Positions 17,303 through 25,263 of a DNA stretch of 56,331 nucleotides are shown piece after piece; within the stretch, counting starts at the first letter, position 1; each line of letters opens with the position of its first letter. The DNA is from a virus (Duplodnaviria > Caudoviricetes), in IMG/VR virus record IMGVR_UViG_3300038426_000018, positions 1-56,331 of that record; one strand, 5' to 3'. The notes under the pieces were generated by a model. That model saw nothing but the letters and a program-made list of their open reading frames with translations, ran no database searches and was not told the DNA's origin. Both the position numbers and the translations under genes were made by a program.

Positions 17303-19039
17303 ATGTCGAGTTGGGCCGAAAGACAACCAGCGGGCGCGAACAACAAACCCTGGTTCGGCGGCGCGATGAACAACGCCGGCGACTATCTTTTTGTCGGGGC
17401 CTCTTCGGGTCGGCTCTACACGTCCACGAACGGTGGAAGCAGTTGGACGGAGCGCCAGCCGAAAGGCGCTGCTGACGGATCGTGGTTTTGTTGCGCCATG
17501 AGCAGCGACGGCATGACGTTGATCGCGGGCGACAACGCCGCCCGCATGTGGATCTCTTTCGACAACGGCGCGACCTGGTCGGAGATCCAACCGGCCGGGA
17601 ACGTGAACAAAAACTGGATGACGGTCTGTTGCGATTTCACGGGCCAAGTCATCTATTGCGGCGTCAACTCCTCGCAAAACACCATCTATAAATCCCTCGA
17701 CGGTGGAACCAACTGGTCGACTATCACGTTGAACGCGAGCACGTTCACCTGCCAGCAGATTTCGTGCGACGAGACGGGGCAGAAAGTAGTGGTCGCCGCG
17801 ACCGGGACGAGCGCCGGTGGGATTTACGTTTCGCTCGACGGCGGCGCGACTTGGTCGAGGAACACGGCCACCGCTGGAACGAGCGTGCAAATGGCGGCCG
17901 TAGCCAGCAACGGATCGCTTTACCTGATAGCGAACGCGACGCGGATGTACATGTCCACGGACGACGGCGGGAGCTGGACGGAAACTCAACCTGCGGGCAA
18001 CGTGAACAAATCCTGGCACACCAGCCCGCGCGGGATCTCTGCGGACGGGCAGACGGCCCTGGTGGGCGTTTGGAGTTCCACCACGACGGGACGGCTTTAT
18101 TCGACGACGAATCAATGCGGGAGTTGGACCGAGGAACAACCTGCAGGCGCGGTCGACGCGGCTTGGCGCGGCTGCATGGTCGTCAGTTTGGACAGCAGTT
18201 ATTTCATGGCGGGCGTTTTCAACGGGCGTCTTTATTCCACCACCCCGACGCCGACGATTCCTTCGGGCACGAATCGGAATTGGACGAGAGTCGCGATCAG
18301 CCCGGACGGCGCGAAGGTGATGGCCTGCGCCGGGATGTCCCGCGTCGGCTCGTCGACGAACGGCGGCTCCTCCTGGTCCGAAGTTCGACCCGCAGGGAAC
18401 GCGAACAAAAACTGGCGCACCGTTTCCGTCAGCGACGACGGCACCGTCATGATGGCCGGGATCGGGAACGGCCGTTTGTATAGTTCGGTGAACAGCGGGT
18501 CCTCCTGGAGCGAAGAACAGCCAGCAGGCGCGGTCGACAAATATTGGAACACGTCGACCTGCGGCTCGACGGGCCTCATGAAAACCGTGGCGGCCTACGG
18601 CGGCCGGTTCTACACGCAGGGAACGCTCGCGCCGGTCGGAAACATCTCCGGGTATCCTTATCCGAAAAGCGCTTCGCTGATGGGAAAGATCGTCACCGGC
18701 TCGATCTCCGGTTACCCGTACGTGAGATCCCCGATGGGAATGATTTGCACGGGATCCATTTCCGGATATCCTTATCCGAGGTCGCCGATCGAGACGGGGT
18801 TCACCGGCAACATTTCAGGCTATCCGTATCTGAGGAGTCCGATCGAAAAGGACCTCGTCGGGTCCATCAGCGGTTACCCGTACCCGCATCACTCCCTGGA
18901 ATTCGACGCGGCGGGTTCGATCTCGGGCTTTCCTTTTCCGCTGAGCAGCTATTCGTTCACGCCCGGTGGGAAAAAGAATTTCACCGAGTTCTATTTGCTT
19001 TTGATGCAGGAACAGCGGCGAAAAATCCGCAATCCTTAA
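17303..19039 (+). CDS. Beta-propeller protein (7+3 blades) with C-terminal GxISGYPY repeats; probable receptor-binding/virion protein
   Basis: About 10 SxDxGxSW/QPAG repeats, then six ~18-aa repeats. Confidence 0.8.
   Translation: MSSWAERQPAGANNKPWFGGAMNNAGDYLFVGASSGRLYTSTNGGSSWTERQPKGAADGSWFCCAMSSDGMTLIAGDNAARMWISFDNGATWSEIQPAGNVNKNWMTVCCDFTGQVIYCGVNSSQNTIYKSLDGGTNWSTITLNASTFTCQQISCDETGQKVVVAATGTSAGGIYVSLDGGATWSRNTATAGTSVQMAAVASNGSLYLIANATRMYMSTDDGGSWTETQPAGNVNKSWHTSPRGISADGQTALVGVWSSTTTGRLYSTTNQCGSWTEEQPAGAVDAAWRGCMVVSLDSSYFMAGVFNGRLYSTTPTPTIPSGTNRNWTRVAISPDGAKVMACAGMSRVGSSTNGGSSWSEVRPAGNANKNWRTVSVSDDGTVMMAGIGNGRLYSSVNSGSSWSEEQPAGAVDKYWNTSTCGSTGLMKTVAAYGGRFYTQGTLAPVGNISGYPYPKSASLMGKIVTGSISGYPYVRSPMGMICTGSISGYPYPRSPIETGFTGNISGYPYLRSPIEKDLVGSISGYPYPHHSLEFDAAGSISGFPFPLSSYSFTPGGKKNFTEFYLLLMQEQRRKIRNP
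18637..18945 (+). repeat. Six tandem coding repeats G(N/S)ISG(Y/F)P(Y/F)
   Basis: Visible directly in the translation. Confidence 0.85.
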
Positions 19040-19049
19040 CGGAGGATTT

Positions 19050-19517
19050 ATGGGACACTTTCTGTTCATGGTGTTGATGGCGATGGGCGCGGCCCTGCTG
19101 TTCGGCGTCGGGTTGATCCCGGACGCGGCCGAAGTCACCTGGTTGAAGATGGTGACGAACAACACGGCGCCGCTGAACGTCATCCTGAAGCTGTACAAAA
19201 ACAACTACACCCCGGTCGCGGGAAGCACCGAAGCCAGTTTCACCGAAGCCACCTTCACCGGGTATAGTTCCATCGAACTCGCGGGCGCGAGTTGGGGCTT
19301 CACGCAGGCTTCTCCCTCTCACGCGGACTACGCGCAGCAGACTTTCACGAGCTCGGCCGACCAGACGGCTCAAACCATCTACGGTTATTATCTCGTTCAA
19401 AAAACGAGCGGCTACATCATGGGTGCCGAAGCCTTCGCTTCGCCGTTCACGATCGCCAACAACGGCGATACCATCAAGGTCACCCCCGTCTTGTACCTGA
19501 GAGAAGCGACCGAATAA
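19050..19517 (+). CDS. Small virion-type beta protein with N-terminal hydrophobic leader
   Basis: GGAGG RBS; LKLYKNNYTP, FTEATFTGY, IYGYYLV, FTIANNGDTIKVTP. Confidence 0.7.
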   Translation: MGHFLFMVLMAMGAALLFGVGLIPDAAEVTWLKMVTNNTAPLNVILKLYKNNYTPVAGSTEASFTEATFTGYSSIELAGASWGFTQASPSHADYAQQTFTSSADQTAQTIYGYYLVQKTSGYIMGAEAFASPFTIANNGDTIKVTPVLYLREATE

Positions 19518-19546
19518 CGCACCACCACTTTCCAGGAGACGACCCG

Positions 19547-19903
19547 ATGCCCGAGCACAAAAGAGCAACCGACGCGGAAAACGACGCCGTCGTGATCAAA
19601 CCCAAAACGGTAGGAATTTTCGGACTGATCGTTTCGACCGTCGCCATCCTGGTCGGAGTGGGAATCAGTTGGGGCGAAACGCACAACGAAATCGGAAATT
19701 TGCAGAAACAGTACGCGCAAACGGACGCGAATCTTCAGGCGCTGGCGAAAGAATTCCACGACCATCAAGCCACGGCCGACATCCACATGGACAAATCGTT
19801 CAAAGAGGACATGCTTCGACGCATGGACGGCCTCACGAATTTGCTCGTGGAACACATGGGCGTCAAACTGCCGCGAAGGGCCGTCGATCCTTCAGGGCGC
19901 TGA
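19547..19903 (+). CDS. Single-TM coiled-coil protein, putative holin/lysis accessory
   Basis: AGGAG RBS; TM GIFGLIVSTVAILVGVGISW; immediately before the lysin. Confidence 0.55.
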   Translation: MPEHKRATDAENDAVVIKPKTVGIFGLIVSTVAILVGVGISWGETHNEIGNLQKQYAQTDANLQALAKEFHDHQATADIHMDKSFKEDMLRRMDGLTNLLVEHMGVKLPRRAVDPSGR

Positions 19904-19965
19904 CGGTTTTTATTGCTTCGATCGTATCCGGCCGAGTGTATACTGCGCCGAAGGAGGTCAACCCA

Positions 19966-20442
19966 ATGATTCAAACTTCTTGTTTCCTAATCGCGCAACG
20001 TTTCGTCGGATTAAAAAAGATTCACGACAAGGTGGCGAACCCTCAGATCGTCGCCATGCTGCAGCTTGAGGACCCCGGCATCACGCAGGACGAAGTGCCT
20101 TGGTGTTCGGCCTTCGCCAACTACGTCGCGTGGTTGCTGCGCCTGCCTCGAAGCAAAAGCCTGGCAGCCCGATCGTGGCTGCAGGTCGGGAGCGTGGTTT
20201 CGATCCACGACGCGATCGTCGGAAACGACGCGGTGATCCTGAAACGGGGCCCGGAGCCGCAACCAGGTCCGGACGTGATCGACGCGCCCGGACACGTCGG
20301 CTTCTTCGCCGGCGCAGGTCCGCTCGGAGCGAACGGCTGGCCCTCGTCGGTGTATCTTCTCGGCGGCAACCAAAACAATTCGGTCTGCGTCGAACCGTTC
20401 CAAACGTCGGCCATCTTAGGAGTGCGAAGGTTGAATTCGTAA
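19966..20442 (+). CDS. TIGR02594-type NlpC/P60 (CHAP-like) cell wall hydrolase, putative endolysin
   Basis: DEVPWCSAF, SLAARSWL, GHVGFF, LLGGNQNNSV motifs. Confidence 0.85.
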   Translation: MIQTSCFLIAQRFVGLKKIHDKVANPQIVAMLQLEDPGITQDEVPWCSAFANYVAWLLRLPRSKSLAARSWLQVGSVVSIHDAIVGNDAVILKRGPEPQPGPDVIDAPGHVGFFAGAGPLGANGWPSSVYLLGGNQNNSVCVEPFQTSAILGVRRLNS

Positions 20443-20548
20443 ACATCTTGTCGCGGCCTAGCCTTCCATGGGGCGAAAAGAGAACGCCTTCCCGCTCTCC
20501 CCGGCCGCGGCAATTCCAAACGCGGGAAGCAGTCAGGAAGGTGACACA

Positions 20549-21616
20549 ATGCAGCATCCGAACGTGCATCAACCTTGGGCCTCATGGTCCGAGGCGCAAA
20601 TCCTTCACGTAGCTACATCCTACAGCAATCCGTTCCGGTGGCGCACGCGGCGGGAGTTGGTCAACGACTTTCGCCGGCACATGGGGTCGTCCGCGAACGT
20701 GGCGCTGCACGTGGGCGAACTGGCGTACGGGGATCGGCCGTTCGAAGTGACGAGTCCGGAAGATCCTTTCGACGTGCAGCTGCGCACGCGGCACGAACTG
20801 TTCCACAAGGAAAACATCTTGAACCGGGTCATTCAGGCTTTCCCGTCGGATTGGCAATACGGGGCCTGGGTTGACGCCGACTTCCACATCACCCGGCACG
20901 ATTGGGCGCTGGAAGCGATCCACCAACTGCAGCACTACGATTTCGTGCAGTTGTTCTCGGGGTACGCGGACCTGTCCGGAAGCACCTACGGGATCGCCCA
21001 CCTGCCCACGAGGATCACTCCGAGTTTCGCCTTCAACTACGTTCAAAACGGCTATCGTCTGCCCGACGGGTACGAAAACGGCGGGTGGAGGAAGAAGGGC
21101 GTCGACCTCGGATATTACGGCAAGCCGATGCCTCCGGGAGTCCGGGGCGGGGTCGGGGCGACGGGCGGCGCATGGGCCTTTCGTCGTTCCGCTTTCGACC
21201 TGGTGGGACGCCTGTTGGATGAGTGCATCCTCGGGCACGGCGATTGGTTCATGACGTTCGGCCTGGTCGGAGAAGAAGCGCCCGACATGCACATCGACGG
21301 ATACTCGGACGACTACAGGAGAGCGATCCTGTCTTGGCAACGCAACGCGGCCCGCATCAAGAAAAACATCGGGTACGTCGACGCGTTCGCCGTCCACCAC
21401 TTCCACGGGTCCAAGGCTCGGCGCGGGTACGCCAGCAGGGACACCATCCTCGTGAAGCATAAATTCGCGCCCTCGTCGGACCTGCGAAGGGATTGGCAGG
21501 GCATCTACCAGTTGACGCCGGACAAACCGAACTTGCGCGACGCGATCCGCGCGTACTTCATCTCGCGAAGCGAAGACGATCCGAATCTTTACGGATCCGA
21601 AAAACCGTTGATCTAA
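20549..21616 (+). CDS. Putative GT-A glycosyltransferase
   Basis: FHKENILN, AWVDAD, VQLFS, GGAWAFRR, ILGHGD, HHFHGSK..RGY. Confidence 0.65.
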   Translation: MQHPNVHQPWASWSEAQILHVATSYSNPFRWRTRRELVNDFRRHMGSSANVALHVGELAYGDRPFEVTSPEDPFDVQLRTRHELFHKENILNRVIQAFPSDWQYGAWVDADFHITRHDWALEAIHQLQHYDFVQLFSGYADLSGSTYGIAHLPTRITPSFAFNYVQNGYRLPDGYENGGWRKKGVDLGYYGKPMPPGVRGGVGATGGAWAFRRSAFDLVGRLLDECILGHGDWFMTFGLVGEEAPDMHIDGYSDDYRRAILSWQRNAARIKKNIGYVDAFAVHHFHGSKARRGYASRDTILVKHKFAPSSDLRRDWQGIYQLTPDKPNLRDAIRAYFISRSEDDPNLYGSEKPLI

Positions 21617-21637
21617 ACTGAAAGGAGAAAATCCACC

Positions 21638-22387
21638 GTGCAAATTTTCAAACTTGGAAAAGGCCCGCGCAAAATCGACGCGCGAAATTTGAAACTCTCG
21701 AATTACATCAAGGCCCTTCCGACCCCGCCAGGTCCCGAGCAAAGTTGGGTGATGGAAGTGATCGATTGGCCGATGTTCCTGAACGACCAGCTCGGCGACT
21801 GCGTCATCGCAGGCGCAGCCCACATGATCCAACAATGGGATTACTACTCGCGCAAATCATTCCTGCTGCCCACCGATCAACAGGTGCTGAAAGCCTACGA
21901 GGACGTGGGCGGTTACGTCCCCGGAGATCCCAACAGCGACAACGGGTGCAACATGCTCGACGCCCTGAAGTATTGGAGGAAGACCGGAATCGCCGCGCAC
22001 AAGATCGGCGCGTTCGTCGAGGTCGACCCCAAGAACCTGTACGAGGTGGCCGTGGCCGTGTGGCTTTTCGGGAACCTCTACACCGGCGTCGCCCTTCCGA
22101 TCTCGGCCCAAGGCCAGTCCGCGTGGGTCGTTCCGGAAGGAGGAACGAAGAGCGAGCAGGGCCAGCCGGGAGGTTGGGGCGGCCACTGCGTGCCGATCAT
22201 GGCCGTCAGCCCGAAGACGCTCACTTGCATCACCTGGGGCATGCGGTTGAAGATGTCCCACAATTTCTTCGCGGATTACTGCGAGGAAGCCTACGCCGTT
22301 TTGTCTGAGGATTGGATCAATCGACTCGGAATCGCGCCCAGCGGGTTCGATTTCGACACCCTGAAAGCCGATCTCGCGCAACTGTAA
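21638..22387 (+). CDS. Papain-fold (C1-like) cysteine peptidase
   Basis: NDQLGDCVIAG (Cys), GGHCV (His), ITWG; AAGGAG RBS with GTG start. Confidence 0.7.
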   Translation: MQIFKLGKGPRKIDARNLKLSNYIKALPTPPGPEQSWVMEVIDWPMFLNDQLGDCVIAGAAHMIQQWDYYSRKSFLLPTDQQVLKAYEDVGGYVPGDPNSDNGCNMLDALKYWRKTGIAAHKIGAFVEVDPKNLYEVAVAVWLFGNLYTGVALPISAQGQSAWVVPEGGTKSEQGQPGGWGGHCVPIMAVSPKTLTCITWGMRLKMSHNFFADYCEEAYAVLSEDWINRLGIAPSGFDFDTLKADLAQL

Positions 22388-22427
22388 GCAACAGGCTTTT
22401 TAACTTTCGAATGAAAAGGAGTCTCCC

Positions 22428-22961
22428 TTGAGACATCTAAAATCTTATGTCGCGGTTTTTCTCGTCGCGTTGTTGTTCTCCTCGTGCAGTCCCGAGACTA
22501 CAATCACGATCGCCTTGGACGCGATCGCCGTGGCCTCGGAAGCCGTTCCCGCGATCGTCGCTCCTTTGGCGGCGGCCGGGAAGATCGACCAGGCCACGGC
22601 GAACGCCATCTACGCCTATTGTCAGGCCGTCAGTTCGGCCGACGTTCAGGCCATCCAGGAATGGCAATCCACGGACCCGCTCCCGATAAAGATAACGAAG
22701 ATGTCGGCCGCGTTCGCGGCTGCCGTCGCTCCGAACATACCGGGGCTTCCTCCTGAAGCGCAGGCGGCCATCCGGGCGATTTCGGCGGCGATCCAGGATC
22801 TTCTGTCTTTGCTCTCCCAACAGCAGACCCGGAAACTCGGCGTCGCCGGCAGCCCGACTCCTTCTCCTCCTCTTTCTAGCAAGGACCTGAAGAAGCTGGA
22901 GAAGTCGCTGGCCCTGGCCCAGAAGACGATCGCGACCTGCAAAACCAACCTCCGCAAATGA
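22428..22961 (+). CDS. Predicted lipoprotein
   Basis: MRHLKSYVAVFLVALLFSS|C lipobox-like signal; AAAGGAG RBS. Confidence 0.7.
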   Translation: MRHLKSYVAVFLVALLFSSCSPETTITIALDAIAVASEAVPAIVAPLAAAGKIDQATANAIYAYCQAVSSADVQAIQEWQSTDPLPIKITKMSAAFAAAVAPNIPGLPPEAQAAIRAISAAIQDLLSLLSQQQTRKLGVAGSPTPSPPLSSKDLKKLEKSLALAQKTIATCKTNLRK

Positions 22962-22968
22962 CCTCCTC

Positions 22969-23030
22969 GGCGCGGGGTCCTCAGGGGCCTCGCGCCGGTC
23001 CTCCTTCCTTCTATTCTTCCTTTATTCTCA
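22969..23030 (+). terminator. Terminator-like hairpin ending the late operon
   Basis: GGCGCGGGGTCC..GGGCCTCGCGCC stem followed by a long pyrimidine/T-rich tract. Confidence 0.55.
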
Positions 23031-23046
23031 TGTTTTATCATTTATA

Positions 23047-23075
23047 TAGACATATGTTTCGTTATCTTTTATAAT
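23047..23075 (+). promoter_or_regulatory. Sigma70-type early promoter, probably leaderless
   Basis: TAGACA (23047-52), 17 bp spacer, TATAAT (23070-75); AT-rich upstream; ATG at 23084 with no SD. Confidence 0.8.
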
Positions 23076-23083
23076 CCCCGATC

Positions 23084-23293
23084 ATGAAAACCAAAACGCA
23101 AACCCAAACCCTCGGAATGAAACTAAAACGGTATCGAGATGAGCACGATTTAACGCTCGCGCAGGTCGCTGAAAAAACCGGCCTCAAAGTCCTCACGATC
23201 TGGCGTATTGAAAAGGATCGGGTTAAGCCGTTCGGACGCACGATCTATAAACTCGAACAAGCCTTGCCGGGATTCAAGGCCCTGCAGGAGTAA
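23084..23293 (+). CDS. XRE/Cro-like HTH regulator
   Basis: LKRYR.EHDLTLAQVAEKTGL...TIWRIEK. Confidence 0.9.
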   Translation: MKTKTQTQTLGMKLKRYRDEHDLTLAQVAEKTGLKVLTIWRIEKDRVKPFGRTIYKLEQALPGFKALQE

Positions 23294-23298
23294 CGATA

Positions 23299-23985
23299 AT
23301 GCCCGCACTGATTGATCTAACCGGAAAACAGTTCGGCAGGTGGAGAGTCCTCGAACGCGCGTCTGTTAAAAAGGGAACGAGCGTATGCTGGATTTGTCTT
23401 TGCGACTGCGGCAAGAGACGGGTTGTAGCCAGCGCCAATCTTATCCGAGGAGACAGCCGATCTTGCGGATGTTTTAACCGCGACAAGATCCGCGCTGCCT
23501 GCCTTGTGCATGGAAATTCACCTAAGAAAGGCCAGACTCCGGTCTACAACTCTTGGTGCAAAATGATCGGCAGATGCGAAAACCCCCGAAACCGAGCGTT
23601 TCCTAATTATGGCGGGAGAGGGATAACGATCTCTCCGAAGATTCGCTCCTTTCAAAATTTTTACAGCTTGATGGGTGACCGTCCAGCAGGGATGGAGATC
23701 GAGCGGATATGTAACGATGGCGACTATGCGCCTGGGAACATTCGATGGGCTACGCACAAGGAACAGCAGAGAAACAAACGCAATAACCATCTTTTGACGT
23801 ACAACGGGAAAACCCAATGCGTTACTGCCTGGGCAGAGGAACTTGGATTGAAACGAGCCACAATCGAAAAACGCATCCATCACGGTTGGCCCGTTGAGCG
23901 ACTTCTTTCTCCGGTGAAACCTCAAAAAGTTCTAAAGGTTTCACCATCTCCTGACGATAAGAACGGCAGGAGGGAAAGAAAATGA
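23299..23985 (+). CDS. Free-standing HNH-type homing endonuclease
   Basis: DLTGKQFGRW.V, WICLCDCG, SCGC, YGGRGITI, IERICNDGDYAPGNIRWAT..Q.RN; lower GC. Confidence 0.85.
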   Translation: MPALIDLTGKQFGRWRVLERASVKKGTSVCWICLCDCGKRRVVASANLIRGDSRSCGCFNRDKIRAACLVHGNSPKKGQTPVYNSWCKMIGRCENPRNRAFPNYGGRGITISPKIRSFQNFYSLMGDRPAGMEIERICNDGDYAPGNIRWATHKEQQRNKRNNHLLTYNGKTQCVTAWAEELGLKRATIEKRIHHGWPVERLLSPVKPQKVLKVSPSPDDKNGRRERK

Positions 23986-24050
23986 GACAGACCCCGAAAG
24001 TAATCGCAACCAGGACGATTTTGATAGGAGGAAGAATCTGCACCCAATTC

Positions 24051-24214
24051 CTGATGGCGGGAATAATCCCGCGTCAGCATTTTTGGCTTACCTGCGGAGC
24101 GGCCCCGAAAGAGGCCGCTTCGTCGGTCCTTTCAGAGTTCCCGCAAGAGCGACCCTCGATTCCGCTGGCCTTCGGGGCAACCCCGAGGCCAGGGGAACCG
24201 TGGATCGACCACGG
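24051..24214 (+). ncRNA. Candidate structured RNA leader (four tandem hairpins)
   Basis: Stems at 24051-77, 24095-122, 24160-197 and 24198-214. Confidence 0.4.
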
Positions 24215-24292
24215 AAGGCGAGCGCAGGATCTTGAGATCGGTTCATCCCGTCGCGGCCTACAAAACTCAGAACTTGATCAGGAGACAAAACC

Positions 24293-24649
24293 ATGAAGTC
24301 AGGAAAGTCGATCGTAGAATTAGCGAAACAGTTGGAAGACATCCGCAACAACTCGAAAGATTTCATCGTGCCCACCGCGAAGCTGAGCATGAAGGTCGTC
24401 GGCATGGAACGGGGCCTCACCCAACCCCAACCGCTGTTGACCTTCACGAACGGCGGCGAAGTCGAATTGGAAATGAACGATTGGGCCAACCGGCAGATGG
24501 CCGAATATACCAAGATCCCGCAGGTGTATTACGACCGCATCCGGCACGAGAACCCCGCGCTTTTCCAGGACAGCGTCAACCACGGATTGACCCGCGAAGC
24601 ATCGACGAGCGCGATCGCCGGCAAGGTCGCAGACTTCAAAACGGAATAG
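24293..24649 (+). pseudogene. Truncated DUF932/DUF945-like protein (N-terminal ~100 aa only)
   Basis: MKSGKSIVELAKQLE...DFIVPT, IPQVYYDRI..NP.L...VNH resembles the start of ~350-400 aa phage proteins; ends after 118 aa. Confidence 0.55.
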
Positions 24650-24912
24650 TGGACTTATAAAATTCGTCGGATATATGATGCCTGCGCTCGCTGTAAAGAC
24701 GATCGAAAACGTAATGATCTTTATTAAAGGGATTCGAGGCCCCATCGCCTCGATAGAAGCCGGTCAGGCGATCGGCGTTGCATTTAACCAAGGAGAAGTT
24801 CCGGGTTGTTTGATGGGAACGCCTGAAATCTACGGTCAAATTCGTTCCAAAGTGAAGTCCAAGGGAAGGGCCGTCTTCACCCGAGGGCGGCCCGCTCTCG
24901 GAAAGGAGATCG

Positions 24913-25089
24913 ATGGACTCATTCAGATACAAAATCGGAGACACCGTCACCCTGAAGCTGTCCGGGGAAACGGGAATCGTGATCGGACGCGCCGAATACA
25001 TGGACGCCGAGGAAGGTTATCTCCTTCGGTACAAGGGCGCGGACGGCCGCCAGGTCGAATCGTGGTGGACCAACTCCGCGATCGCGTAA
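24913..25089 (+). CDS. 58-aa hypothetical protein MDSFRYKIGDTVTLKLSGETGIVIGRAEY...VESWW
   Basis: AAAGGAG RBS; SH3-like pattern; below the ORF-track cutoff. Confidence 0.7.
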   Translation: MDSFRYKIGDTVTLKLSGETGIVIGRAEYMDAEEGYLLRYKGADGRQVESWWTNSAIA

Positions 25090-25094
25090 AAGAT

Positions 25095-25222
25095 TCCTGG
25101 ACCCGCGCCCAGGATGCAGCAACCGGCCGCAGAGGACGGGACCCTCTGCAGTGTAGGAACTTGCGGACGGGGCCGAACGCGGCGGCCCTGGAAATAGAAA
25201 GGGCCGGTCGCAGGACCGGCCC
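25095..25222 (+). ncRNA. Candidate structured RNA (four tandem hairpins)
   Basis: Stems at 25095-114, 25129-149, 25170-188 and 25201-222. Confidence 0.4.
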
Positions 25223-25263
25223 CGGAAGTCACCCAGAAAAGTCAATCGCATTGAAAGGATACT

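Noticed and set aside
19913-19944. Promoter upstream of the lysin (TTGCTT...TATACT)
   Set aside because: The 20-bp spacer is too long and the TG is not in the extended -10 position
23982-24296. ORFs 23982-24296 and 24675-25292 as proteins
   Set aside because: They run across hairpin arrays, and the second overlaps a better small ORF (24913-25089); no protein-like motifs; not fully excluded
23986-25263. tRNA genes or a group I intron near the HNH
   Set aside because: No cloverleaf with D/T-loop consensus, no recognisable P7 core, and no split host gene flanking the HNH
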